Below, one piece after another: positions 19,601-29,200 of a stretch of 64,000 nt of DNA. The first letter of the stretch is position 1, and every line of letters starts with the position of its first letter. The stretch spans positions 64,365 through 128,364 of the forward strand of contig JACPIE010000040.1 in the NCBI GenBank assembly GCA_016188245.1. Reading direction: 5' to 3'. Position numbers and translations under genes: made by a program. A model generated the notes under the pieces. It was not told where the DNA came from. It saw only the letters and a program-made list of their open reading frames with translations, and did not search any database. The DNA comes from Candidatus Woesearchaeota archaeon. Its GTDB lineage: Archaea; Nanobdellota; Nanobdellia; Woesearchaeales; GW2011-AR4.

Positions 19601-21037
19601 GCCAATGTCTACCTTTCAATGGACAAAGGCCAGACTTTGGCAAAAATCGGAAGCGCCGTAATGGAAGAAAAAGAAACTGTAAAAACAATAAATGCCGGCA
19701 CCGGCAAATTTGGATGGAAATCTGAAGGCTTCAGCAATGAGAATCTTTTGCTGGTTATAGTGCCGGGCAATGACACATTAAATGCCCAGGATTATTCTGC
19801 CTTCAGCTTGAATGTCCCGGAGGGCGCTGAAATAAGCGAAGTTGCCGCTTCTTTGGAAGGAAAATGCAAAGACATATTCCCGAGCATAGACAGCGTTCGC
19901 TTAAGGGTGGGGTACAGCCTGAAAAATGAGAGCCGTCCATTGACGGGAAGGTATGTGCAATTCAAGGCAATTTTAAGCTCGGGCAACGAAAATATTGCAG
20001 TTGGGTTGGATAATTTGAGGATAGCTTACCCGACATCCGGCAACCTGAAGCCAACTTCGAGTATGAAAGACATTGAAAGCCTTGTGAATGTCCCCATCAA
20101 TTTCACAGCCAATGCGCGCGATATTGACGGAACAATCGCAAAGTATGAATGGGATTTTGGAGACGGGAATATTGGCCATGGAAAGAATGCATTGCATGCA
20201 TATAATGAGTCCGGCATTTATGATGCAGAGCTTATTGTTACTGATGATGGCGAACTAAGCTCGTCAGCAAAATTCAAGGTTTACATCAACACATACAACT
20301 GTTTACTGGATGATGACTATGATTCAACAAAAGCAAACGGGCCTAATTATTTTATGTTCACGCCGACAGACCCATTAATCAGGCAAAAGGCAACTGAAGC
20401 AATCCTTGAGTACGCCCAAGAGAAAAAAATTCCGGCAGTGGACATTGACACCAGCATTGAGTTCTTTGAGGCGGCCAACCTGTACGTCACAAGGCATATG
20501 AGCTACAGCATTATCGGCGATGAAGGTTCGCTGAATACAGGATGGGACGGAGAAGCGGCCCCTGCAAAGAGGCTGTTTTCAGATTCTGCAAAGCCGATTT
20601 CAGAAGGCGGAAAAGGCTGCGCTAATGACTATTGCGGAGACTGCGAGGATTTTGCTGTTGCCACTGAAGCTCTTGTGAGGGCAATGGGCGTAAGCCCAAA
20701 ATGTGCTTATGTAAGCTGCGCGTTAACTCACTGCTGGAATGTTTTGAACATTGCAGGAAAGTTTAGGCTCGTGGAACCTCAAAGTGGCTCAATATACTCC
20801 AAATTCAGCTCGGATGCATACAACTGGAAGAACAAGTTCGGTAATGCGGTCTATGCTTCATTCGAGGTTCACAACGATGAAGTGGGCAGGCACTTTACCA
20901 ATAGCGCAGACCCGGCAAAATACACCCTTAATTATCCGGGATCAAGCGGATTGCCGAATCCTGCAAAAAAATGCCCAGATTATGCAGCCTGGAACGGAGA
21001 GGGCGACAACACATATTTTACAGAAATATGCGGATAA
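16610..21037 (+). CDS. Large secreted multidomain protein: Cys-rich, discoidin-like, Kelch-like propeller, PKD, transglutaminase-like
   Basis: Repeats of DKIWVIGG...NDVWSS.DG..W; PKD motif YEWDFGDG...HAYNESGIY; C-terminal GDCEDFA...HCWN...VEPQ. Confidence 0.85.
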   Translation: MNKNTAKKILLMMMVVLSLLQASYAAKCDDLACSSQGKTCIISKGNAKCADYCRTKNNKTAAPANACSIEREYCNPSTLKLESRCNICGCNKGEECRPDGRCVKVCTDGTEGGKCSLQKPFFCNNGILEQKSQVCGCDTGKEPYPGGTCAKTGFVEDTRKEDFAEGDIGFEQASFVFDKNSNLVEQTDFIKKHRRAEIIEGGIEDLALQGEPFASSNYPGHPNLSYKPSPICVKSLLLFCDWISDTNEPRHQNQHIGIKWQTPRTFDTVSFAQSYLHAKGYKIQYLKDGSWVDATQEKSLSYYPKDYSADLSNFNEKQGARLIETASFEPVTSTAMRIFFPECSLNCRVARLNIYNRDADELRFAPFMGNLDLGHRGYYDHAAFVSKVHDTENAETRFDSISMSYRIVGIPKSKGVNIAPEGKPITDDYDLENAKQLSDDKLLSLPTINDKWLVFQGVASKIPFYWLVAGSWVNGYAGIEWDTTRKINRVNVYTATPTLPCKSFYDVEYWDGNKWKRAARGYNKASNDYFDMECGFNSNVVSTFAMAEVFDTVTTTKIRVKPQSWLYIAEIEAFEPEESTGFQAGTANASVKVQIKTAPSNNGKVGIWTDWMGPDGTDKTYFTKQNEKINITIKTIYDTGFKPPSSTGLKFNAWSSPENAHQSDGKFTSRSFNLANLFSKSEGDSIIWTLMNPKSEWGARYLHKTLAFNDKIWVIGGHSSTGQTRYGWFNDVWSSGDGIKWEKTSPQNDYIGMLMETFAMTTLVYNGKMWHIGGNNVNFLPARANVFSSPDGYTWTEVIRQAAWVPRWSHSSVVHDNKMWVIGGYTVNPWGASRTQVYVPESYLNDVWHSTDGVAWTQATKNASWSGRYQHASVAFDGKIWVMGGISYKEGVVNDVWYSEDGISWTLATQHAPWSPRSNFEAVVYDDKIWVLGGSGASDAWFSSDGVKWARATPNSAVLQRSGFSATVFKNKLYFTGGIKDSNYFNDVWHSDLVGCDANVYLSMDKGQTLAKIGSAVMEEKETVKTINAGTGKFGWKSEGFSNENLLLVIVPGNDTLNAQDYSAFSLNVPEGAEISEVAASLEGKCKDIFPSIDSVRLRVGYSLKNESRPLTGRYVQFKAILSSGNENIAVGLDNLRIAYPTSGNLKPTSSMKDIESLVNVPINFTANARDIDGTIAKYEWDFGDGNIGHGKNALHAYNESGIYDAELIVTDDGELSSSAKFKVYINTYNCLLDDDYDSTKANGPNYFMFTPTDPLIRQKATEAILEYAQEKKIPAVDIDTSIEFFEAANLYVTRHMSYSIIGDEGSLNTGWDGEAAPAKRLFSDSAKPISEGGKGCANDYCGDCEDFAVATEALVRAMGVSPKCAYVSCALTHCWNVLNIAGKFRLVEPQSGSIYSKFSSDAYNWKNKFGNAVYASFEVHNDEVGRHFTNSADPAKYTLNYPGSSGLPNPAKKCPDYAAWNGEGDNTYFTEICG

Positions 21038-21039
21038 AA

Positions 21040-22239
21040 ATGAAAAAAATAGTTTTATTTTCAATGTGGTTTTTGGTATTAGCAAGCATAAGCTATGCAA
21101 AAATCGAGTTTTACACGGGCAATGTCGAAGTGAATTCTTTTACAGCAACCGCAGATTTAAAAGACAAGGCTTATGTGGATATGGAGTATATTTTAACCGG
21201 AAATGAAGATGTCACAATTGAATTTAACAATGTCCCAAGCAATGCTGAGATTGCAGTTGGAAATCAAAAGCACGGAAATAAGTTTAATCTGCAGGTAAAG
21301 GGGGAAACGGCGATTAATGTAAAATTCACCGAAGAGCTGGGCAACAGCCCATTGAAGCAGTTCTCGGCAAACCCAAACATACTATTCAACGGAAATGTCA
21401 ATTCACGCCCAATAGCTCATTACAGGGCCAGGATTTTAATGCCCGAAAAAGTTGGTGAGCTGTTGGGCTCAAGCGAAAAGCCGACATCAAGCCAAAAGGT
21501 TGATGAACGGCAATTATTTGAATGGCTCAAGTCAGATTCTTACGCAACTGCTTTGACAATAAGCTGGCACAGCCTTGATGTGGATATTGACGTGCAAAGG
21601 CATATCCCGACCATAATAAATAACCAGTTTACTGTTAGGAATGTGATAAGGAATAACGGAAAAGAAATCAGGAATGTAAAGCTCGTGCAGTCATTTTTGG
21701 AAGGCGATGTTGAGGCAGTTGAGCCATTAAGCGAATTCCAGGTGATACTGGCGGGAAATGACATAAGGACAGAGTGGACAAAAGAAATGCCAGTGGTTGA
21801 TGCCGGCGCCGCAATCACATCTTACTACACGCTCAGGGCAAAAAGAACAGGCGAAAACATTGTTTTCAGGCCTCTCGAAGTTTATGTCGATGGCGTGCTC
21901 GCCAAAATTGTTGAAAGAGAAGAATATTTCAGCGCTCCGGATGTTCTCAATTTGACAAGTTTTACTTCAACTGCTGAATCTGCAATGCGGCTTTTGGTGG
22001 AAACTCCTTCTTCAGAAGGCGAGATGATGCCGGGGCGCCCGATTCCTCCGGAAAGCATACCTGTGCCAGAAGCGGTTAAAGAGCAGATTACGCCTGCAGC
22101 GCCTGAAACAGGAAAAGAAGCAATAAGGCAGGCGGCGGGCAAAAAAAACCAGCTTGTCTTATTGGCTGTGTTTGTAATTCTTGTTGCGCTTGTTACTCTG
22201 GCTTATAGGAAATTCAGGGAGAAAGGCAGGCTGGGATGA
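21040..22239 (+). CDS. Secreted beta-rich protein with C-terminal membrane anchor
   Basis: Signal peptide MKKIVLFSMWFLVLASISYA and C-terminal TM followed by a basic tail. Confidence 0.75.
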   Translation: MKKIVLFSMWFLVLASISYAKIEFYTGNVEVNSFTATADLKDKAYVDMEYILTGNEDVTIEFNNVPSNAEIAVGNQKHGNKFNLQVKGETAINVKFTEELGNSPLKQFSANPNILFNGNVNSRPIAHYRARILMPEKVGELLGSSEKPTSSQKVDERQLFEWLKSDSYATALTISWHSLDVDIDVQRHIPTIINNQFTVRNVIRNNGKEIRNVKLVQSFLEGDVEAVEPLSEFQVILAGNDIRTEWTKEMPVVDAGAAITSYYTLRAKRTGENIVFRPLEVYVDGVLAKIVEREEYFSAPDVLNLTSFTSTAESAMRLLVETPSSEGEMMPGRPIPPESIPVPEAVKEQITPAAPETGKEAIRQAAGKKNQLVLLAVFVILVALVTLAYRKFREKGRLG

Positions 22240-22288
22240 TTTCCCGGGTCCAACCCCAACTTTTATAAACATATCTTCATTCTCGAAA

Positions 22289-22804
22289 ATGATGAAGCGA
22301 TTGAACCTTCCGAAAGAAAGGACATTCATAGGGCCAGCTTTGATTTGGAAAAGGGTGGCGGCTTTTTTCATAGATATTACAGTCATAAACCTTGTTGTGT
22401 TCTTTCCGTTCAGAAAATTATTTCGGGGCATTATGCCGCAGGATTATTCTTTTGCAGAAGCTTATGGGATTTTAAGCAGCACAAGCTATTCGGGCTTTTT
22501 GACTTCAGTTTCTTTGGTTATGTCAGTTTTGGTGATTATGTATTTTTACATGATGGAAAGAAAGATGGCCCAAACAATCGGAAAGATGATAATGAAAGTG
22601 TATGTTGCAGGCGACAATAGTGGCAATAATGGGCCGAAGGCGTGGCAGCTGCTGGCAAGGAATGCCGTATTCATACCTATGTTCCCTTTCATATTGCTGT
22701 GGATTTTGGACCCTTTATTCATGTTTTTTACCAAAACAAACCAAAGATTAAGCGAGATACTTGGCAAAACAAGAGTGGTTGAAACATACAGCCTGGAGCA
22801 GTAA
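22289..22804 (+). CDS. RDD family membrane protein
   Basis: WKRVAAFFID, QTIGKMIMKVYV, ARN, QRLSE..GKTRVV. Confidence 0.85.
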   Translation: MMKRLNLPKERTFIGPALIWKRVAAFFIDITVINLVVFFPFRKLFRGIMPQDYSFAEAYGILSSTSYSGFLTSVSLVMSVLVIMYFYMMERKMAQTIGKMIMKVYVAGDNSGNNGPKAWQLLARNAVFIPMFPFILLWILDPLFMFFTKTNQRLSEILGKTRVVETYSLEQ

Positions 22805-22815
22805 CAGGCACCCCA

Positions 22816-23019
22816 ATGGCAAAAATGGCAGAAGAGCAAAAAGTATTTTTGTTGAGGGTAGATGTGATGACAAACAACATACAGACATCAATGAAAACCC
22901 AGAATGTTTCTCCCCAGGAGGCAATCGGATTTTTGGAGATGGCAAAAGACCAGATACTTGACAACCTGAAGCAGGGAAGGAAGGACATATTCCAGGCTTT
23001 CAAGAAAGATGAGGGCTAG
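22816..23019 (+). CDS. Small conserved-looking hypothetical protein
   Basis: 67 aa, tightly packed between RDD and sppA. Confidence 0.6.
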   Translation: MAKMAEEQKVFLLRVDVMTNNIQTSMKTQNVSPQEAIGFLEMAKDQILDNLKQGRKDIFQAFKKDEG

Positions 23020-23940
23020 ATGGAAAAATCAGATTTCAGGTGGGGCTATGCGATATTTGTGCTGCTGCTCTTAAGCATACTCGGATTTATGGCAGCCGGA
23101 ATATTAAGCTTGTTTGTAGGTGTGAATGTCAATAGCCTGGGCGGGAATGTTGCGCTGATACCAATAGGTGGGGTCATTGTCGGAACAGATGATTCCGGAT
23201 TCCTCTTTGAAAGCGTCACAGCCTCTCCGGACGCCATTGAACTCATAGAAAAAGCCGATAAAAATCCGGGCATAAAAGCGATAGTTCTTGAAATAAACAG
23301 CCCGGGAGGATCGGCAGTCGCTTCAGAAGAGATAGCAAATGCCGTCAGGAAAACAAACAAGACAACTGTCGCATGGATACGTGAAGTTGGAGCTTCAGGA
23401 GCTTATTGGATTGCTTCTGCCTCAGACCATATTGTTGCAAACAAAGTTTCTATAACCGGCTCGATTGGAGTTATTGCCTCGTACCTTGAATTTCCTGGGC
23501 TATTGGAAGACTACAATGTGACTTACAGGAGGCTTGTCTCGGGAAAATATAAGGACATGGGGAGCCCTTTCAAGGAGATGACTGATGAAGAAAAAGCAAT
23601 TTTCCAGCAGAATCTGGATCTAATAAGGGACTATTTTGTAAGTGAGGTTGCTAAAAACAGGAATTTGAGCAAAAAAGATGTTGATAAGGTTGCAAATGGG
23701 CTGTTTTATCTTGGCATTCAGGCAAAAGAGCTTGGGCTGGTTGATGAGGTTGGAGGCAAAGACGAGGTTATAGCTTATGTTGAAAAAAAAGAAGGCATAA
23801 AGGCTGAGATTGTCGAATACAAAAAGGAGAAAGGTTTGCTTGAAATTTTGGGAGAAATTTTCAGCAGGCAGTCTTTTTTTGTCGGCAGGGGCATTGGGAG
23901 CAGCTTGCTTGATAAGGGCAATTTAAGGATTGAAACTTGA
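23020..23940 (+). CDS. sppA: Signal peptide peptidase SppA (S49)
   Basis: INSPGGS, GASGAYWIAS, TGSIGV, SGKYKD. Confidence 0.95.
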   Translation: MEKSDFRWGYAIFVLLLLSILGFMAAGILSLFVGVNVNSLGGNVALIPIGGVIVGTDDSGFLFESVTASPDAIELIEKADKNPGIKAIVLEINSPGGSAVASEEIANAVRKTNKTTVAWIREVGASGAYWIASASDHIVANKVSITGSIGVIASYLEFPGLLEDYNVTYRRLVSGKYKDMGSPFKEMTDEEKAIFQQNLDLIRDYFVSEVAKNRNLSKKDVDKVANGLFYLGIQAKELGLVDEVGGKDEVIAYVEKKEGIKAEIVEYKKEKGLLEILGEIFSRQSFFVGRGIGSSLLDKGNLRIET

Positions 23941-23944
23941 TTCC

Positions 23945-24145
23945 ATGTACAGGCACATAATCAGGCTGGTTAAGTCGATTCTTGGAGTTATTTTAATAAT
24001 AATCGGGGTTATCTCCGGATTTATCCCCATAATACAGGGCTGGATTTTCGTGCTTGCAGGCCTGCTTCTTCTCGGAGTAAAAGAAAAAACAATAAAAGGA
24101 TGGGTTAAGGATGCTAAGGAATGGCTTAAGAGTCTGAAATTTTGA
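23945..24145 (+). CDS. Small membrane protein (PGPGW-like)
   Basis: GVILIIIGVISGFIPIIQGWIFVLAGL. Confidence 0.6.
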   Translation: MYRHIIRLVKSILGVILIIIGVISGFIPIIQGWIFVLAGLLLLGVKEKTIKGWVKDAKEWLKSLKF

Positions 24146-24292
24146 AATCTTTAAAAGAAAATTAATTTAAAATATTTTTGGCAGAGGCTTTGCAAAAAGC
24201 CAGTAGATGATACCTTATCCAAAGATTAAGTTAAAGTAACAGTCTCCGCCAACCTAAAGTAATTTAAATAAGTTGTGTCACTGATTGGAGGG

Positions 24293-24757
24293 ATGAGGAA
24301 AGTATATCGTGTAGCCGGACGGGTAAACGTGCGATATAGCGTATATGGAATCTTGTGCATGGTCTTATTTTCCCTGACCATCTTAGTGTGGTATGGCACC
24401 GACTTATCAGCGACGCACTTTGGCAGTGCTTTAACGCCAATTCTCGTTGTGCTGATCTTGGTGACAACGTTGGCAATGGTGAAAAAGGATGCGTATTTAG
24501 GTCAGTTTCTACGCCCGTCGTGGCGGAAATTCATAATCACGGCTTTTGTGGTGTTTGTCCTGCCGTTTCCTATCTACTCTTGCCCCTATGGTTGCAAATG
24601 GGAGCTGATGTGGATAATCAATCTAGTATTTCCTGGGCTTTTTGTTGTCATAGCCGCGCCCGCTAGTTGGTTTGCCATGGTCATTCAATTCTTCGTGTAC
24701 GTCGCCGTGACCTATGTCTGCGTGAGCCTGATTCTGAGAAGGAGTAAAAATCCATAG
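24293..24757 (+). CDS. Hypothetical multi-pass membrane protein of atypical composition
   Basis: Hydrophobic ORF with more CG-containing codons than its neighbours; LRPSWRK motif; start uncertain. Confidence 0.55.
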   Translation: MRKVYRVAGRVNVRYSVYGILCMVLFSLTILVWYGTDLSATHFGSALTPILVVLILVTTLAMVKKDAYLGQFLRPSWRKFIITAFVVFVLPFPIYSCPYGCKWELMWIINLVFPGLFVVIAAPASWFAMVIQFFVYVAVTYVCVSLILRRSKNP

Positions 24758-24892
24758 GTAAGTCTGGACCAAAAAAAGTAATATATACGCTTCTCAACAT
24801 TATATGGCTAGTTGCTATGATGGCATTAGTTGTAAAAGTATACGGTTAATCTTTTTCTTTAAAATTTTTAGTGTAGCTCTTGATAATTGCAC

Positions 24893-25909
24893 TTGTATGT
24901 GCACAATTAACCGAAAGATTTATATATTATGTGCCCATACAATATTGTATGGCCTATACAGAAACAATAAAACGGAATAATAAGGAATATTACTACCTTA
25001 CAAAAAATGTAAGGCTCAGCTTAAACAAATGGAAGAAAATCAGGATTTTCTTAGGAGATAAAAAACCTTCACAAGAAGAACTGAAAAAACATGCCAAAGA
25101 GATAGAAGATAAATCAAAACCATTCTTAAAATTATCAAACTATTCTTACCTCTCAGAGCACGACGCAGAAACCTTACAAGATTTAAAAGAAAGTTATAGC
25201 ACATGGCTTAAACATATTCCAAAAAGTGTGAAAGAAAAGCTAAATGAGGATTTCGTAATACGTTTTACATACCATTCCAATGCAATTGAAGGCAATCGGC
25301 TTACATTAAGGCAGACTGCCCTTATCCTAAAAGATAAAGTAATACCTTCTGGGGTACGTGCAGAAGATTACAATGAAGCAATAAACGGAAAAGAATGTCT
25401 GGATTATATAAAATTTTATAAAGGCGAATTAAACACGAAATTCCTTGAAAGAATAAATGGAATTCTAACAAAAAACACAGGGGTTGTTTATGGAGGAAGA
25501 ATCAGATTTTTTGATGTGCAGATACAAGGTTCAACGCATGTTCCACCTTCTCATGCTGAAGTCAAAAAACACATGCTTAATTTCCTTAAGTGGCATAGTG
25601 CAAATAAAAATAAATTGCATCCTTTTGAGTTGGCTGTATTGGTTCATGCGAAATTAGCATGGATTCATCCATTTGAAGATGGGAACGGCAGAACTGCAAG
25701 AACAGTCATGAATTTCATTCTAATGAAGCAAAGATTCCCTATGTTTTATATCCCATTTGAGAAAAGAGAAGAGTACTACCAATCATTAGATATTGCCGAT
25801 AAAGGCGATTATAAAGAATATGTATCTAGGATGCTCAGATTGATTATTGATCAGGTAAGAAGTTACGGGCACAATAAAAAAGAATAATCTTCAAATTGTG
25901 CACATACAA
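24893..25909. repeat. Perfect 16-bp inverted repeats bracketing the Fic gene
   Basis: TTGTATGTGCACAATT (24893-24908) and AATTGTGCACATACAA (25894-25909). Confidence 0.8.
24949..25887 (+). CDS. Fic family protein (AMPylase) with internal inhibitory helix
   Basis: HPFEDGNGRTAR catalytic motif and SNAIEGN (S/T)xxxE(G/N) motif. Confidence 0.92.
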   Translation: MAYTETIKRNNKEYYYLTKNVRLSLNKWKKIRIFLGDKKPSQEELKKHAKEIEDKSKPFLKLSNYSYLSEHDAETLQDLKESYSTWLKHIPKSVKEKLNEDFVIRFTYHSNAIEGNRLTLRQTALILKDKVIPSGVRAEDYNEAINGKECLDYIKFYKGELNTKFLERINGILTKNTGVVYGGRIRFFDVQIQGSTHVPPSHAEVKKHMLNFLKWHSANKNKLHPFELAVLVHAKLAWIHPFEDGNGRTARTVMNFILMKQRFPMFYIPFEKREEYYQSLDIADKGDYKEYVSRMLRLIIDQVRSYGHNKKE

Positions 25910-26190
25910 TAATTCCTACAATAAACGCCTCGATTTTACTGCTTTTTACGTAAGTGTGCCCCTTAACTATTGTTCTTGGCGTATCGCTTCGCTTATTTGA
26001 TAGTATGACTTGTGCCCCGAGTAATAACTCTTCGGACGAAGTTTTCCCACACTTTGCATGGAAAAAGATTTTAACAATGGTCCTATAAGATAATTATGGT
26101 CGCAATTTACGAGATAGGCAATTGCGTGTAATGCAGTATAATCAACGCAATTGTCCATATTGCAAATAATTGCTTAAAATTCTGCATTAA

Positions 26191-26247
26191 CATGTCGGAA
26201 ATCCAAGATTTCCGAGCATGCTCAAAAACACTACGCATGTTTTTGAT
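26191..26247. mobile_element. Twin-hairpin element, opposite orientation to the 4825 copy
   Basis: Reverse complement TCAAAAACATGCGTAGTGTTTTTGAGCATGCTCGGAAATCTTGGATTTCCGACATG vs 4828-4896 ...GTGTTTTTGAGCATGCCCGGAAATCTTGGGTTTCCGGCATG. Confidence 0.8.
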
Positions 26248-26281
26248 AACCTTTAAAAATAAATTTGTTTTCCGTCTTCAA

Positions 26282-29200
26282 ATGCAAAGAGGATGGCTTG
26301 TTATTTTGATTATTGTCATGGCCGCAGCCTATTCTGTTTCTGTTGACTCTAAATCCCACAAGGAGATTGAGGATATTTTTGGCAGCGAAGAAGAAACTGA
26401 AGTTATTGTTGTATTATACGATGATTATGGTGCTTTAAGCGAATTTGGAATTTCCAATTACGAATACAAAGATGATTTTGAGATGAAAAAGATGATGGTG
26501 AAAGGGCAGCAGGAAAGGGTATTCAAGGATTTAAAAATTAAGAAAAAAAATGTGATTTCCGCGCAATCGGACTATGATTTTGAGACGACAAACACCTATT
26601 CAACTGTAAATGGTTTTGCGGGAAAATTAAAGAAATCCAGCTATGAAAAATTAAAAAATAATCCTAAAGTTTTAAAGATAATAAAAAGCGGGACCAAAAG
26701 TCTTGTTCTTGATGCAAGTGTTCCGCAAGTTAATGCCACTAATGCCCAGAGATTGATTTATAACGAAATGAATATAACTGGTAAGGGCGAATCTGTTTGT
26801 GTGATTGATAGCGGAATTGATTACACACACCAAAATTTAGGAGGTTGTACAACTGATACTTTTCTTGCTGGAAACTGCAGCAAGGTTATAGTTGGGCATG
26901 ATTTTAAAAACAATGATAACGACCCTATTGATGACCAGGGGCACGGCACTCATGTTTCAGGGATAATAGCTTCTGCAAATGAAACATTTAGGGGAGTAGC
27001 ACCAGATGCTACATTAGTTGCAATAAAGGTTTGTGACAGCACAAGTGGTGGAAATTGCGCTGATAGTGATGTTGTTGCTGGCATTGACTGGTGTGTCAAT
27101 AACGCTTCAAAGTACAATATTTCCGTTATCAGTATGAGCTTAGGGGGCGGCTCATTCACAAGTCATTGCGATGATGAAAGCAGCGAATCTGTATTTAAAA
27201 CAGCTATTGATAATGCAATATCAAGGAATATATCTGTGATTGTCGCAGCTGGGAATAGTGGAAGCACAACAGATATATCATCACCTGCATGTATAAGGAA
27301 TGCCACTTCAGTAGGCTCTGTTACAAAAGCGGATGCAATTTCTAGTTTTAGCAACAGAAACAGCATAACAGATTTGCTCGCACCAGGAAGTTCAATAAAA
27401 TCAACAGTACCAACAAGTGGATGTATAAATTGTGATTCAAGCGGATTTGTGACGCTTTCAGGCACTTCAATGTCAGCCCCCCATGCCGCAGGAGCTTTCG
27501 CTTTATTGAGGCAGTACAGGAGGCTGGAACAAAACATCACATTGACTCCTGCTCAAATACAAAATGCTTTGAATAACACTGGAAAGCAGATAGCAGACTC
27601 CGGAAGCGGATTGACTTTTTCGAGAATAAACATTTACCAGGCAATTCTTTCTCTTGATGTAACTGCCCCCACAATAAGCTTTTCAAATCCTACTCCGGCA
27701 AATAATACAAAAACTTCAATAAATTCATTGTACATAAGCATAACTTCAAATGAAATTTTATTAGCCGCATTGCTTGAGTTTAACGGCACAAACGAAACAA
27801 TGAACAGAAACGGATTAAACTGGTTCAAGAATAAAACTGTGCCGAACAATCAAAATTCCAGCTATTCCTACAAAGTGTGGGGGAATGACAGTTCCGGAAA
27901 TGCGGCAGTTACGGAATTCAGGATTTTTATATCAAATAATACCGCTCCATTCATCTCATATTTTGCGCCTGCTGAGCTTAATTTTAGCATTGCGGAGTCA
28001 AATTCAAATTTTACATTCAACATTTCTTTTTTTGATGCTGAGAATGACGGCATATCGATAACATGGCGACAAAATGCAAGCATTAGCAAAACTAATTCAA
28101 ATTTCACGTTTCAGAACAATTTTTCAGCATCGGGATTTTACAATATAACTGTGGAAATTTTTGACGGGAACTTTACAGCAAGCATGGAATGGAATATGGC
28201 TGTCAGCAATTCAAATTTTGCGCCAAACATTGCATCAGTAAATTTAACGAACACGGATTTTCTTAACAGGACAAATGGGACTTTGCGGGCATTCTGGAGC
28301 TTTTCAGATTTGGACGGCGACAGCATAACGGCAAATGAGACATCATGGTACATCAATAATTCATTAATTTCAGATTACTCCAACAAAACGTTCATTGACT
28401 CTGCAAATACGACAAAGCTTGAGAACTGGACATTCAGCGTCAGGGTTTTTGACGGATTTAACTGGAGCGATTTTGCCAACAGCTCGAAAATAACCATATT
28501 GAATTCAAAGCCAGTGATGAATATAACGAATGCCCCTATAGCGGTTCAAGAAACCCAGCTCGTAAATATAACGCTTGATGGCTCTGATTTGGACGGCGAC
28601 GCTTTGGTATTCACATCAAATAAAAATGAGCTTGCTGTTTCCGGCAATGCCCTGCTTTGGCATACAAATTTGACAAGCAGCGGAATTTATACAGTAAACA
28701 TTTCCATTAACGACAGCGCAGATACGGACTCAGCAGCCGTAAACATAACAGTGACGGATGCAAGGGACCTGGACAGCGACGGCAATCCTGACTTTAATGA
28801 CACCGATGACGACAATGACGGAATTTCCGATGAAAATGATTTCCTGGTTGGAAATTTGTCTTCTATAAATACAACTGCTCAACTCGGTATAACAATAAAT
28901 GAGGCATCTAACCTGTCAAAATTGTTTAATGGCACTTTTTCAATAGCAATAACCAACGGCTCAGAAACATTCATGGAATTTAACTTTACATTTAACTCAG
29001 GCAATGTTCTTGATTTTGGCAACTTGACCATAAACAGGACAACAAACGGCAGCAGCGCAGTTTCAATAAGGGGATTAAGGCTGCCGGCTAATGCAACAAA
29101 AACAGTTTTCCTTGAAAAGATTAATTCGACAGTAAAATCAGTATGCATAAAGGATGCTGACGCAGGATTTGATGCAATAAGCTCAAGCTGCGACGGGGCA

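Noticed and set aside
25967..26158. 63-aa minus-strand ORF
   Set aside because: No recognisable motif; it lies in a probably decayed spacer between the Fic cassette and the hairpin element.
26192..26281. N-terminal extension of the subtilase (MSEIQDFRACS...)
   Set aside because: It derives from the hairpin element upstream of the TATA box; the signal peptide begins at ATG 26282.
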